Shown here one piece after another: positions 53,607 through 63,540 of a DNA stretch of 64,000 nucleotides. A program made the translations under genes and the position numbers. Position 1 is the first letter of the stretch. Each line of letters starts with the position of its first letter. This stretch comes from Candidatus Nomurabacteria bacterium. GTDB lineage: Bacteria > Patescibacteriota > Patescibacteriia > HK-STAS-PATE-3. Location: the NCBI GenBank assembly GCA_023898465.1, contig CP060223.1, positions 704,001 to 768,000 on the forward strand. Direction: 5' to 3'. Under the pieces are notes generated by a model, which saw nothing but the letters and a program-made list of their open reading frames with translations, had not been told where the DNA came from and did no database searches.

Positions 53607-54743
53607 CTAGGACGAAGAGCTCGTCAAGCGGAAGCTCTGATACATCATATCAAAAGTCGTCTGGAAATTGAGTGCTGTCAGTTGGCTTACCGCGTAATGA
53701 ATCACGTAAATCTTATCAGCTTTTCCTAAGTACACATCCTCACCAGTCGGGCTCTTTACGCCTTCTAGACCATTCACCACCACATCCTCCAAATCACTGG
53801 AGCTCACGCCTGTATTTAGGGAAAGATAGTAATTTCGGGCGCTTAGCTTTGTTGGGTTATCCTCAACAATAACCTGGATAGTCTCACCAGTTGGATTCGT
53901 AGGCAAAAACTGCACAGTACGGCTATTTTGATCAGTAGCCGAAGCAACCCATTGGGTTGGATAGAGCATAGTGTAGTTAAAGCTGGTGTTGGTAAAGCTT
54001 CGCACTAAGCCTGTGGTATCTAAACGACCGATTCCGCGTGGATTGTAGCCGAGATAGACCTCACCAACGATTTCTGAGGCGCTGTTGACGCGCTTTCCGT
54101 CAATGAAGCCATCTCCATCAGTATCAGGTTGTGTGGCTTCGGTGCCATAGAGCTGCTCTTCCACATCGGTTAAACCATCATCATCGCTATCTAGGGTTGA
54201 TGGCAAAGGTTCAGTTCGAGTGCCCGTGGTATTCGTATTTGTCGTCGTATTTGTATTCGCGCTGTTCGTGTTGGTGGACGTATTGGTATTTTGATTCGTT
54301 ACCACACTATTCGTGTTCTGATTACTTACCGTGTTGGTATTTTGATTAGACACAGTATTCGTATTTCCATTCTCATTCCCATTCGTCACGTTCGCGTTAT
54401 TGGTATTCTGCGAAGCATTACTATTTGCTGAGGTGTTTGTGTTGCTGGTATTGAGATTAAGCTGGAAATTAGCCGCGTTTACGGTATTAGCATTGTCGTC
54501 AGCCGGAGACTGTACAAGGAAATAAACTGCCGCCGCAGCGCCTCCGCCGAGCAGTAAAGTAACCATAATGACAATCCAAAGCATGCGGTTTGGCTTGCCT
54601 GGTCGGCCTTTTTTCGCTTCTGGGTCCAAAAAACGATCCGGCATTACGTGGATATCATCGAAGTGCACCTTGGGGTTCTCGTTTGTATTTACCCCCGGTG
54701 TATTTTTTGGCTGTTGATCTTTGGAGTGATCTCTACCGAACAT
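53607..54743 (-). CDS. membrane-anchored protein with Asn/Thr-rich tandem repeats and thrombospondin type-3-like Ca-binding repeats
   Basis: TM anchor; NTNTVSNQ tandem repeats; DSDDDGLTDVEE / DTDGDGFIDG motifs. Confidence 0.55.
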   Translation of the reverse strand: MFGRDHSKDQQPKNTPGVNTNENPKVHFDDIHVMPDRFLDPEAKKGRPGKPNRMLWIVIMVTLLLGGGAAAAVYFLVQSPADDNANTVNAANFQLNLNTSNTNTSANSNASQNTNNANVTNGNENGNTNTVSNQNTNTVSNQNTNSVVTNQNTNTSTNTNSANTNTTTNTNTTGTRTEPLPSTLDSDDDGLTDVEEQLYGTEATQPDTDGDGFIDGKRVNSASEIVGEVYLGYNPRGIGRLDTTGLVRSFTNTSFNYTMLYPTQWVASATDQNSRTVQFLPTNPTGETIQVIVEDNPTKLSARNYYLSLNTGVSSSDLEDVVVNGLEGVKSPTGEDVYLGKADKIYVIHYAVSQLTALNFQTTFDMMYQSFRLTSSSS

Positions 54744-54751
54744 GACAAGCG

Positions 54752-55252
54752 TTATTGATTGACGTTGAGATTCGCGCGCGAGTTTTGAAAGTCGAGCAAC
54801 GAACCAGGTCCATTTGGATTAAAACGGTCTTTTACTTCTTCACCATCGAGAAATCCGTCACGGTCTGTATCGGCGACCAGCGGATCTGTCTGATATACCT
54901 CGACTTCTTCTCGATCGAATAAGAAATCAGAATCAGTGTCCACTCGAGTTGGGTCTGTGCCCAGCTCAGCCTCTTCGGCATCAGTAAGTCCATCCCCATC
55001 AGTGTCAGTCTCATCAGGATTTTGATCTGCTCCAGAACGTAATGACAGAGCATTTGTATTTGCACTGCTATTCGTGGTGCTATTGTTTACGCCGTTTTCT
55101 GTAGTGCTCTGTTTTGGCCAGTAGCGAAGAGCGAGGAGGACGATGATAAGAAGAGCAAGACTGACTATGAGTATACGAAGAATCAGCCCTTTTGACAATG
55201 CTCGAGATGGCTGAGATGAACTCATTTGTTGTTCAGGCGCTTCTTGGGGCAT
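54752..55252 (-). CDS. membrane-anchored protein with thrombospondin type-3-like repeats
   Basis: TDTDGDGLTDAEE, DTDSDFLFDREE, DTDRDGFLDGEE repeats. Confidence 0.55.
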   Translation of the reverse strand: MPQEAPEQQMSSSQPSRALSKGLILRILIVSLALLIIVLLALRYWPKQSTTENGVNNSTTNSSANTNALSLRSGADQNPDETDTDGDGLTDAEEAELGTDPTRVDTDSDFLFDREEVEVYQTDPLVADTDRDGFLDGEEVKDRFNPNGPGSLLDFQNSRANLNVNQ

Positions 55253-55255
55253 AAC

Positions 55256-58200
55256 TTATGGTCTCTGATAATTAAAGCATGAGCAGCTGGAATTTCCTAG
55301 CGTATCAAAACTGCAAGGGTCGCCCAGTGGAGCTCCGGTCCACTTCCCTGGTCCGTCATACTCCATTTCAGCATACAGGGAGTAATTATTTGCCTCTTTA
55401 CACACGCCAGATCCGCCGCAGTCAGCATTAGATCGACAGGCAACACCACTTCCCTCGCATACTCGACTGGAGATGTAGGCGTAAATATTTGAACCGTTAG
55501 GGTCGCAGTAGAAGGTCTTGGTAGGCTCATTCCAGCAGGTTGTTTGCTCGTAGCCAGCCGGACAGGATCCAAATTGGTTGAGTGGATCAACACTCATACT
55601 ACGGCCAAGTGCATTACCCAAAGTGCTTTGCCAAGAAGGCCACTTAGAAGTACTCATGCCGAGGAGGAAGCTACCAGCTTCAAGGGATGGATAATGGCCA
55701 TTACTGGTGAAGTACTTTTCTAAACCAATGCTGGTATCCTGCAGATCTGCCAGGCGCTTGGTGTCTCGAATAATTTTTGCCTTATTCTCCGGGCCAATAC
55801 TTCCATTGGTATTCATTTTAATACGATTCAACATTTGCTGAAAAATATTGCGAGTGGCATCGTTTGCTCCATCGTTATAAGAAAGCACAAAAATGTGCGG
55901 TACCAATGAAGGAATCGCGTCAAATAAGTTGGTGCCAGCTAAGTAGACAGTCCGCCCATCTCGTAAGGCCTGATAACCATCTATAGTAGTCGATGATGGA
56001 GTGCTCGTAGCAAATGGGAACTGACGACGGTACCATTCTAGCGGTGACAAACCTTCGGAGTTTTGATATACCCGCACGCCAATGGCATCAATAGCATTCG
56101 AATCTGCTTCTTTAAACAAATACTGCTTCTGTACGTCTCCGGTCTGTCCTTTGATAACCTGCAAGTCAAAATTCGGCAACGTACTGTCATTATCACGACA
56201 ATACCCTAGGTGGAAATGATAGTCCTCACACCCTCCGCCCAGACTACAATTTCCCGCACTATCATCAAAATTCCATGCATCTGCACATCGGAAATAATCC
56301 ACTAAGGCCGAGCCGCGTTTCTCAGTGCCATCAGTGCTAACAGAGGCGGTGGCGGAAATAACGGCTTGGCCATTTTCTGCACCGGTCTTTGCTACATTCG
56401 TCGCACTTCCATCCGGCAGCTCCTGAGGATCAGTTAAGGTCGCTACCGTCGTAGTATCAATATCCCAGGACCAATCCCATTCATAGACGCCTGGAATCTC
56501 ATTTATCGGCCCTGAATCACTGCGTGGAGTAGCAGTAAAGAGCTGCTCCTGTCCCTCGGTATCAGCATTCCAAAGCGCTGGAGTGATATCCACGCCGGTT
56601 AATGCGCACACGCTGTCACTATCCACGCTAGTAAAGACCCAGGAGTAATTTGGCATGAGTACGCCGTCTGCACCTCGCAAGCCGTTCAATTCCGTACGAT
56701 ACGCAGTGTTCTTTAAGAGCAGACCAGGGTTCACCCGCAGCTGCGTGGCACTCTTTGCCGTAAAGGTAATGGGGACGCTATTGCCTACGCATCCGCCTGT
56801 TGTACAAACACCTGAAGCACACTCAGTACCCTCCGAACATGCCTCACCTTCACTAAGGCCTCCATCTACGGTCACAATCACCGTATCTGTGGTCATCGTG
56901 CTGACGTCCATAGCCTGGGCAAAATTGGCTTCGATGCTGGTATTGCGACACACGTCAGTATCGCCTGGATTTGGTCGGGTGCTGCTCACACTTGGTTGCG
57001 GCGCACAGCAGCCGGAATTTGCACAGCCATTCCCTACTGAACAATCACTATCAGCCACACAAACCTGACAACTTGGTGCGGTAATGGTGAAAGGGAAAGC
57101 ATTGCTGTCCCCGGCAGCCTTATGCACCACAGTATTCACTGTACCAGTAGGCAGGCCAAGCGGCACTAACACGTCGATTAACGCATCCACCCAGCCATTA
57201 AAGACACTCACATCAATACCTGAGAAACGGACGGCATCGCTTGCTTCTTGTGTGCCAAAATTTTGACCAATAATTTTTACCGGCTGTGCCTCTTGGCCGC
57301 TGTTTGGTTGCAAGGCACAAATGCCAGGTAGGATATTGCTGTTTACATCAAAGTCAGGAAGTATGGGCTCGCCCGTCGCGGCGTCATTAGTGCTATCACT
57401 TACCCCGTCTAAGCCACGCACAACGGTGATCGGACCATCAACTGCATCATCACCAGCTGGTGTGTTTCGATTTGGCACCTCGCTCGCCACAATCACGTTG
57501 TTCCGCCACAGCGCAGGAGGATTTGGACAAATATCACTATTAGCCCACAGGCCTTCTTTATCGCTTGAGTAGCGTACCTGACTATTGCCAACGCAAGTAC
57601 CACCCGGACAATCATTGTAGGTAGTGGTACAGCTAGCACCGTCATTATCACCACCAGAGCAGGTACCTGCCACATAGGATCCGAAATAACAACCATTGAT
57701 GGTTAACCAAGTGCCAATATCTCCACCGTTTGGGCTATAACCAGTGATAACTGGAGTACAGCGATGTTCTGCATTGTTACAGGTGCTTCCTCCACAGAGG
57801 CCGCCCTGCGTACAGTCAGTTGTTTCGTCACACCAGAGGAAATCAATGGTGAGATCGGAAGTATCATATTTACCGCTCCATGAACCCCGCACAGTAGCGT
57901 AGTCAGGAGCAGGTGGAAGTGTTGTTTCTTGTACGGCATGTACCGTAGCTACATCGTCACTAGTATCAGAGTCTGTGGCAAAGTCAGCGTCACCGCTTGG
58001 ACTAACTGTCCAGGTCCAAGGCGTCCCATCAGTATCAATCTGCTGGCCTCCAGCATCACATTGATCAGGGGAAGCATAGGCTTTGCCATAGAAATTTCGT
58101 TCACCATCCTCAACAGTGATGAGCTGGCTAGGAGGCGTCACGGTAACGTGGTCAACCGCGCAAGAGCTTGGGTCATCTTTTGTTCTGAAAGTCCACTGAT

Positions 58201-60850
58201 AAGCTGGAGAGCCAAGGTAGGTCGTATTGGTATTCCCGATTTCCTCTCCACTTGATCCTAATACTCCACCGGGGCCGCCAATTAAGAGTGCAGCATACCA
58301 CTGACTAATCTGCAGTGAACCAACTGGATCAAACTCCAGGCGATCGGTGGCTGCATCATAGGTAATCCCCTCCACGCCGACATTGCCAGTAAAGCTGGTA
58401 CAACTGGCATCTGAGCACTTACGCAAAAGTATAGTGCTGGTAGTCAAAGTGCTCGCATTAATATCGATGCTCGAAGGGCCAAAAGTATTGTGCAGCACCA
58501 CGTTCGGACAAACTGCCTGGCAAGTAGGCCAAGGGTCGGTAACAAAAATTTGATTCGGTGGATAATCCTGTACCGTAAACGGGACTGGGTTTGAATCATT
58601 ATCACTCGCGTCAGTCACATAGACTGGGTGGGTGTTACTCGCTGCACCGCTCGGCACTTGTGACATGGCTGACGTATCAGACCAGCTGGAAATCGTAGCG
58701 GGCTGTCCGTTGTAATAAGTTACCCCGCCGGTAGCTGAACCAAAGCGGACACCGCGTGCCTCAACAGTCTGACCTCGATATCCGCTGCTTGGACTCATCG
58801 AAGCAAGGCAAGGACCCTGAGCGGCCGTATCAGAGTTTACTGAAAAAGCGATATTCGTATTTGATTCCTGCGTACCATAGGCCCCGTCGTCGTAATCAAT
58901 GGTTACCTGTGTGTACACCGAATTACCATTGCTGTAATCCTCAGGAATCGTCGTGACAATGTAGTTTGGTGCAGCTGGGTCATTGAGGCGCGGCGAAGTA
59001 TTGGTCGGCGGCGGAAAAGCCGGGTCAGTATCAAAGTCAGGATCACGCGGCTGAGCACTATGCGTATCAGTGCCAGTGAAACAACTTCCATAAATAGTCA
59101 CGCATTGCCCAGGTGGACCGTTGTTTGGATTTATGGCTGCTACAAAAGGCACACAGGTACAATTTTCTGCATCAGTGACACTGAAATTCCAATTACCTGC
59201 CAGAGTATTTCCATCGCCATCGATTTCTCGATCAGTGGTGATGCGGACATTGAAGTCAGAATTCTGACTCAGGTCATTATTCGGATCAAATTGGTATACC
59301 TTGAAACCGGCATTTGGCGAGCCTGGATTTGGATCAATGATGCGGAAGACGCCGCCCAAGCCAGCCACTTCGTAATCTGGCCCTGGCATTGAGGAGGGAG
59401 CCGGCATGGTTGCACTCATATCTACACCCGGTGTGGCAGGATTATCAATCTCGATAGTTACTGAGTAATCCCACATCGATAGGGTGAAGACTGTAGTAAT
59501 ATTTGTGCTTGGGCAAACATTTCCGCCCTGTGGGTCATAGGCAGCAATACCAGCCGTCAAATCATTGGTTTGGAATTCCCACACTTCGGGCGGTTGTAAG
59601 CCGTTTCCACACAGATCTTCTACGTTTTGTACCGTGATGCGATACCAAGTGAAAGACTCCAACATGGCGCCGTCAGTGAATCGAATATCTACCCGATTAT
59701 CTCCACCTGAGCTAACAACAAGGGAGTCACTGGAGACTGTTCCAATCACTGCGCCACCCTCTCCATCAAGCTGCTGGAGATCAAAAATGCCTGGAATAGG
59801 ATGACTATCAACATCAGCCAAGGAGCTAATATCAATTGCCTCACTAAACCAAATCGAGAGTAAAGGATCGCGTGGTACGTTTCGATCTGGATATCCTGGC
59901 TCAGCACTGATCACCGGGTAAGCTGAACTAACGCTAGGCACCGTCTCATCAACTACATCATTGGTAGTGAAATTCCAGCGATAATGATCACCCGCATCAA
60001 CACAGCCACCGTCAGCGGTACAGTTCGTTAAGCTCAAACCGCCAGTGCTCTCTAAGGTTTTTGGAATGAATAACGTGTAATCAGCAAATGAGTCAAAAAG
60101 CTCATCTGGATGCTTAAAGGTGAGGCTCTTATCTGATGAAGTGAAGATACCAGACACCTCAGCTCCCCCACCGGCATGTTCAAGCTTCAATGGATTGGTC
60201 GCGTCATTCACTGCCGCCTCCACCGTTGCCGAATCAACATTTAAATTGAAACGCGGCATCACTCGACTGCAACGATTCACGTTTTGAGAATTGTCCGGCC
60301 CATCATGCGCAGTTAAAATTTCATTCACGGTAAATTGACTACTTGGCAGCATACAAAGGGGTGATGGGTCAGGTACATTACACTGCGTCCCAGACGCATC
60401 ACAAAGCAGACAAACTCCGCATGGTAAACCCGGATCACACGAATAGGTGTCGCCATTGGTGACATTACTTACCGTGTTGATGACAAAGGTAACAATGGCC
60501 CAGGAAATGAGAATAATAACGAGACCAACTGCCGCGCTGATGATAATCTGTTTTGCTTTATCAACCTTGTCGGCATTTCCACCAGCCGTCATCCAAATAT
60601 ACCCACCGTAGATAACAAAAACTACCGCTACCAGGGCCATAATACCGAGAGCCCAACGGATGATATTTATGATAACGTCTTTGAGATCAGCCGTACCCAG
60701 ACCGATTGAGCTGCCGATGTTTTCTATGGTAAAAGCTGTCGACTGTGCAGCCGCCGGTGCAGGATGAAAAGCTACACTAAGGGCGAGTAAGATACCCCCA
60801 GTAAAAATAACCCCTGTAATGATTCCGAGTAATAGTCGTTTCACAAGCAT
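55256..60850 (-). CDS. giant Cys-rich surface protein (1864 aa) with N-terminal TM-hairpin domain resembling T4SS pilin (TrbC/VirB2-like)
   Basis: Signal/TM, then ALGIMALVAVVFVIYGGYIWMTAGGNADKVDKAKQII..VGLVIILISWAIV hairpin; about 1700 aa of Cys/Thr/Asp-rich beta-rich ectodomain. Confidence 0.65.
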   Translation of the reverse strand: MLVKRLLLGIITGVIFTGGILLALSVAFHPAPAAAQSTAFTIENIGSSIGLGTADLKDVIINIIRWALGIMALVAVVFVIYGGYIWMTAGGNADKVDKAKQIIISAAVGLVIILISWAIVTFVINTVSNVTNGDTYSCDPGLPCGVCLLCDASGTQCNVPDPSPLCMLPSSQFTVNEILTAHDGPDNSQNVNRCSRVMPRFNLNVDSATVEAAVNDATNPLKLEHAGGGAEVSGIFTSSDKSLTFKHPDELFDSFADYTLFIPKTLESTGGLSLTNCTADGGCVDAGDHYRWNFTTNDVVDETVPSVSSAYPVISAEPGYPDRNVPRDPLLSIWFSEAIDISSLADVDSHPIPGIFDLQQLDGEGGAVIGTVSSDSLVVSSGGDNRVDIRFTDGAMLESFTWYRITVQNVEDLCGNGLQPPEVWEFQTNDLTAGIAAYDPQGGNVCPSTNITTVFTLSMWDYSVTIEIDNPATPGVDMSATMPAPSSMPGPDYEVAGLGGVFRIIDPNPGSPNAGFKVYQFDPNNDLSQNSDFNVRITTDREIDGDGNTLAGNWNFSVTDAENCTCVPFVAAINPNNGPPGQCVTIYGSCFTGTDTHSAQPRDPDFDTDPAFPPPTNTSPRLNDPAAPNYIVTTIPEDYSNGNSVYTQVTIDYDDGAYGTQESNTNIAFSVNSDTAAQGPCLASMSPSSGYRGQTVEARGVRFGSATGGVTYYNGQPATISSWSDTSAMSQVPSGAASNTHPVYVTDASDNDSNPVPFTVQDYPPNQIFVTDPWPTCQAVCPNVVLHNTFGPSSIDINASTLTTSTILLRKCSDASCTSFTGNVGVEGITYDAATDRLEFDPVGSLQISQWYAALLIGGPGGVLGSSGEEIGNTNTTYLGSPAYQWTFRTKDDPSSCAVDHVTVTPPSQLITVEDGERNFYGKAYASPDQCDAGGQQIDTDGTPWTWTVSPSGDADFATDSDTSDDVATVHAVQETTLPPAPDYATVRGSWSGKYDTSDLTIDFLWCDETTDCTQGGLCGGSTCNNAEHRCTPVITGYSPNGGDIGTWLTINGCYFGSYVAGTCSGGDNDGASCTTTYNDCPGGTCVGNSQVRYSSDKEGLWANSDICPNPPALWRNNVIVASEVPNRNTPAGDDAVDGPITVVRGLDGVSDSTNDAATGEPILPDFDVNSNILPGICALQPNSGQEAQPVKIIGQNFGTQEASDAVRFSGIDVSVFNGWVDALIDVLVPLGLPTGTVNTVVHKAAGDSNAFPFTITAPSCQVCVADSDCSVGNGCANSGCCAPQPSVSSTRPNPGDTDVCRNTSIEANFAQAMDVSTMTTDTVIVTVDGGLSEGEACSEGTECASGVCTTGGCVGNSVPITFTAKSATQLRVNPGLLLKNTAYRTELNGLRGADGVLMPNYSWVFTSVDSDSVCALTGVDITPALWNADTEGQEQLFTATPRSDSGPINEIPGVYEWDWSWDIDTTTVATLTDPQELPDGSATNVAKTGAENGQAVISATASVSTDGTEKRGSALVDYFRCADAWNFDDSAGNCSLGGGCEDYHFHLGYCRDNDSTLPNFDLQVIKGQTGDVQKQYLFKEADSNAIDAIGVRVYQNSEGLSPLEWYRRQFPFATSTPSSTTIDGYQALRDGRTVYLAGTNLFDAIPSLVPHIFVLSYNDGANDATRNIFQQMLNRIKMNTNGSIGPENKAKIIRDTKRLADLQDTSIGLEKYFTSNGHYPSLEAGSFLLGMSTSKWPSWQSTLGNALGRSMSVDPLNQFGSCPAGYEQTTCWNEPTKTFYCDPNGSNIYAYISSRVCEGSGVACRSNADCGGSGVCKEANNYSLYAEMEYDGPGKWTGAPLGDPCSFDTLGNSSCSCFNYQRP

Positions 60851-60872
60851 GGAAAGAAACGACGCGAAGTGC

Positions 60873-61322
60873 TCAGCCGCTTAATTGCGACTTCACTATG
60901 GCTTGCACGGTCGCGCCATCAGCCTGACCTTTCGTTTTTGGCATAACTGCTGCCATTACCTTTCCCATATCCCCTAGGGAGCTAGCCCCTGTCTCAATAA
61001 TGGCTTCTTGGACGAACTTGGTAATATCTGCTTCAGACATTTGGGCTGGTAAATACTTCCCAATTGCCTCATATTCTGCCTTTTCTTGCTCTGCCAGCTC
61101 TGTTCGGCCGGCTTTGCTATACATATCCATAGCTTCTTTGCGCCGTTTCTGTTCGCGTTTCAGGACCTTCAAAACTTCTTCATCATCCAAAACCTCTTTT
61201 TTCAAGTCAATTTCTTCATTTTTCATGACTGATTTCAGATAGCGCAAAACCGCCACGGCGGTCTTGTCGCTAGAGACAAATGCTTTTTTATAGTCCTCTT
61301 CGATTGTCTGTTGGAGTCCCAT
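60873..61322 (-). CDS. GatB/YqeY domain-containing protein
   Basis: 149 aa; YqeY-like sequence (LKSVMKNEEIDLKK...). Confidence 0.75.
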   Translation of the reverse strand: MGLQQTIEEDYKKAFVSSDKTAVAVLRYLKSVMKNEEIDLKKEVLDDEEVLKVLKREQKRRKEAMDMYSKAGRTELAEQEKAEYEAIGKYLPAQMSEADITKFVQEAIIETGASSLGDMGKVMAAVMPKTKGQADGATVQAIVKSQLSG

Positions 61323-61326
61323 TCAG

Positions 61327-61608
61327 CTATGTTCTTACTGAGGGTAAACGCGGTCCACTTGGTCGGCCGCCCTTGCGCTTCCGTCGATCCAATTCAGGAA
61401 GCTTTCCCATTTTACGAAGGAGCTCATTTCGATCCTTGATTTCTTTGCGTCGAATTGCGCTCTCACGAATTGCCCGCTTACTGCGAGGCGCTTCGTAATA
61501 TCTTCCTTTTTTTGCTCTTATGAGTAAGCCGCTTTGTTGGACTCGTTTGGTGAAGCGTCTGAGCAAGCTTTCAGTAGACTCACCGTCTTTCTTCTTTACT
61601 TCTACCAC
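61327..61608 (-). CDS. rpsU: 30S ribosomal protein S21
   Basis: VEVKKKDGESTESLLRRFTKRVQQSGLL..YYEAPRSKR aligns with the S21 consensus. Confidence 0.7.
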   Translation of the reverse strand: MVEVKKKDGESTESLLRRFTKRVQQSGLLIRAKKGRYYEAPRSKRAIRESAIRRKEIKDRNELLRKMGKLPELDRRKRKGGRPSGPRLPSVRT

Positions 61609-61757
61609 CGAGATAATTCACCTCCTTACTGAGATGCCCTGTCCGATAGACAGGCCTACGCGCAAACACGCGTACCGAACTTTTAAAGTAAAAAAAATAT
61701 ACCACTTTCTATGGGCCTATGTCAAATGGAAATATACCGCCCTAGATGGGACTTTAG

Positions 61758-62099
61758 CTAGGTAATCCCGGCTACCCGCTCCCCACCAAGTAGGTGAATA
61801 TGGAGATGAGGGACTGACTGGCCACCATCCTGACCCACATTCATGACAACTTTATAACCCGACTCTGCAATTCCCTCTTTGGCAGCTGTACGGCGTAATA
61901 CATCGAGAAGCTTCCCTAGTAAGGCGTCTTGTCCATCACCTAATGTTGCGAGACTCTCAATATGCGTCTTGGGAATAGCGAGAATGTGAATGCGCGCCTT
62001 TGGATAGACATCACGAATAACCATGAGCTCATCATCTTGATAAAGTGCCTCGCTTGGTAGCTCGCCTTGTACGATCTTACAGAAGATACAATCGCTCAT
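61758..62099 (-). CDS. HIT family protein (histidine triad nucleotide-binding)
   Basis: HLHIHLLGG histidine triad. Confidence 0.85.
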   Translation of the reverse strand: MSDCIFCKIVQGELPSEALYQDDELMVIRDVYPKARIHILAIPKTHIESLATLGDGQDALLGKLLDVLRRTAAKEGIAESGYKVVMNVGQDGGQSVPHLHIHLLGGERVAGIT

Positions 62100-62112
62100 C
62101 TTCTTCCTAAGC

Positions 62113-63540
62113 TTATAAATCGAGCTTCTGTTGCGCTTCTGAAACGCCTGATTCCTCTTCCATTTTTGCTACAACCTCTGGATCAGCTGCTTGGAGTTGT
62201 TGTGACTTACCTCGTTGCAGGCGCTTCACCACTTCATTTACAATTTTCTGCATATCTACCACTTCCTGAATGCCGTTTTCCATATCACGGATGAGAATTG
62301 TTCCATCCATCATCTCTTTTTGGCCAAGAATCAGTGTATATTTTGCATTCACGCGATTGGCTGCTTCTAACTGAGGTTTAATGCCGTCTTTGCTTAAACT
62401 CTCAGCCACTCGGACGCCCTGAGCTGACAATTCGCCAAAAAGTTTAATGGAAAGTTTACGGGCTGGGTCACCTAATTGTGCCAAAAATACATCGGCATCT
62501 GGCAATGCTTGCGCTTGAACGCCTTGTTCATGCAATCGATTAATCAGACGCTCAATCCCGCAAGCCGCACCCACGGCTGGCGTGGCTCGTCCGCCAATTT
62601 GTTCAATTAGACCGTCATAACGACCGCCACCACCGAGCTCAATCACTCGATCATCCCCTTCTGAGAGAACTGGTAGGAACTCAAAAGCTGTTTTGGAGTA
62701 GTAATCCAATCCTCGTACAATTCGTGGATCAAGCGTATACGGAATTTCTAACTCATCAAGGTATTCCAGCACTGACACAAAGTGCTCCCGGCTTTCTGTA
62801 TTCAAGTGATCTACGGTTTGTGGCGCTGTTTCAGCTAGAGTGCGGCATCCTGTCTGTTTGCAGTCCAATAAGCGGAGGGGATTCTTTTGCATACGACGCA
62901 AACAGTCTTCACATAGCTCACTCTTGTGGGACTTATAGTAGTCCAATAAGGCTTTTTCATACGCTGCCCGACTTTCCTTATCACCTAAGCTGTTCATATG
63001 CACGTTCACCGGCACTTGCAAACGTCGAAACACCTCATAAGTCATCGAAATTATCTGAGCGTCAACAACAGGGTGCGCATCGCCGATCGCCTCAAAGCCA
63101 AATTGAAAAAACTGACGATAACGACCAGCCTGTGGCCTATCATGTCGAAAAAATGACTCAATATAAAAGACTTTTACCGGCTGCGGCTGATTTAACATCC
63201 CATGTTCAAGGTAGGCCCGAGCCACGCCAGCCGTCCCCTCAGGCCGTAAGGCTAGGGATTCGTTGCTACGGTCAGTGAAGGTGTACATTTCCTTTTCCAA
63301 TACATCAGTCTCTTTGCCGATAGTACGATTAAACAAAGCTGCTGGTTCCAGCACCGGGGTTTCAATCTGCTCATAACGATATTCCATTGCCACCTGACGC
63401 ACTGTTTCCTCAACTAAACGCCAATAACCCTGTTCACTCGGCAGAATGTCCTTCATACCACGAACGAGCGTTGGGGTTTTTGGCTGATTGCTTCGCTTCG
63501 GGGCTGCTTGTTCAGCTGTATCTTTTACTTCTTTGCTCAT
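62113..63540 (-). CDS. hisS: histidine--tRNA ligase
   Basis: Class II motifs (FRHDRPQAGRYRQFFQ; GGGRYDGL), C-terminal anticodon-binding domain. Confidence 0.9.
   Translation of the reverse strand: MSKEVKDTAEQAAPKRSNQPKTPTLVRGMKDILPSEQGYWRLVEETVRQVAMEYRYEQIETPVLEPAALFNRTIGKETDVLEKEMYTFTDRSNESLALRPEGTAGVARAYLEHGMLNQPQPVKVFYIESFFRHDRPQAGRYRQFFQFGFEAIGDAHPVVDAQIISMTYEVFRRLQVPVNVHMNSLGDKESRAAYEKALLDYYKSHKSELCEDCLRRMQKNPLRLLDCKQTGCRTLAETAPQTVDHLNTESREHFVSVLEYLDELEIPYTLDPRIVRGLDYYSKTAFEFLPVLSEGDDRVIELGGGGRYDGLIEQIGGRATPAVGAACGIERLINRLHEQGVQAQALPDADVFLAQLGDPARKLSIKLFGELSAQGVRVAESLSKDGIKPQLEAANRVNAKYTLILGQKEMMDGTILIRDMENGIQEVVDMQKIVNEVVKRLQRGKSQQLQAADPEVVAKMEEESGVSEAQQKLDL

Noticed and set aside
54230-54480. 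Tandem 24-27-nt repeats
   Set aside because: They are a coding repeat for NTNTVSNQ units inside the TSP3-repeat protein, not a CRISPR or non-coding repeat.
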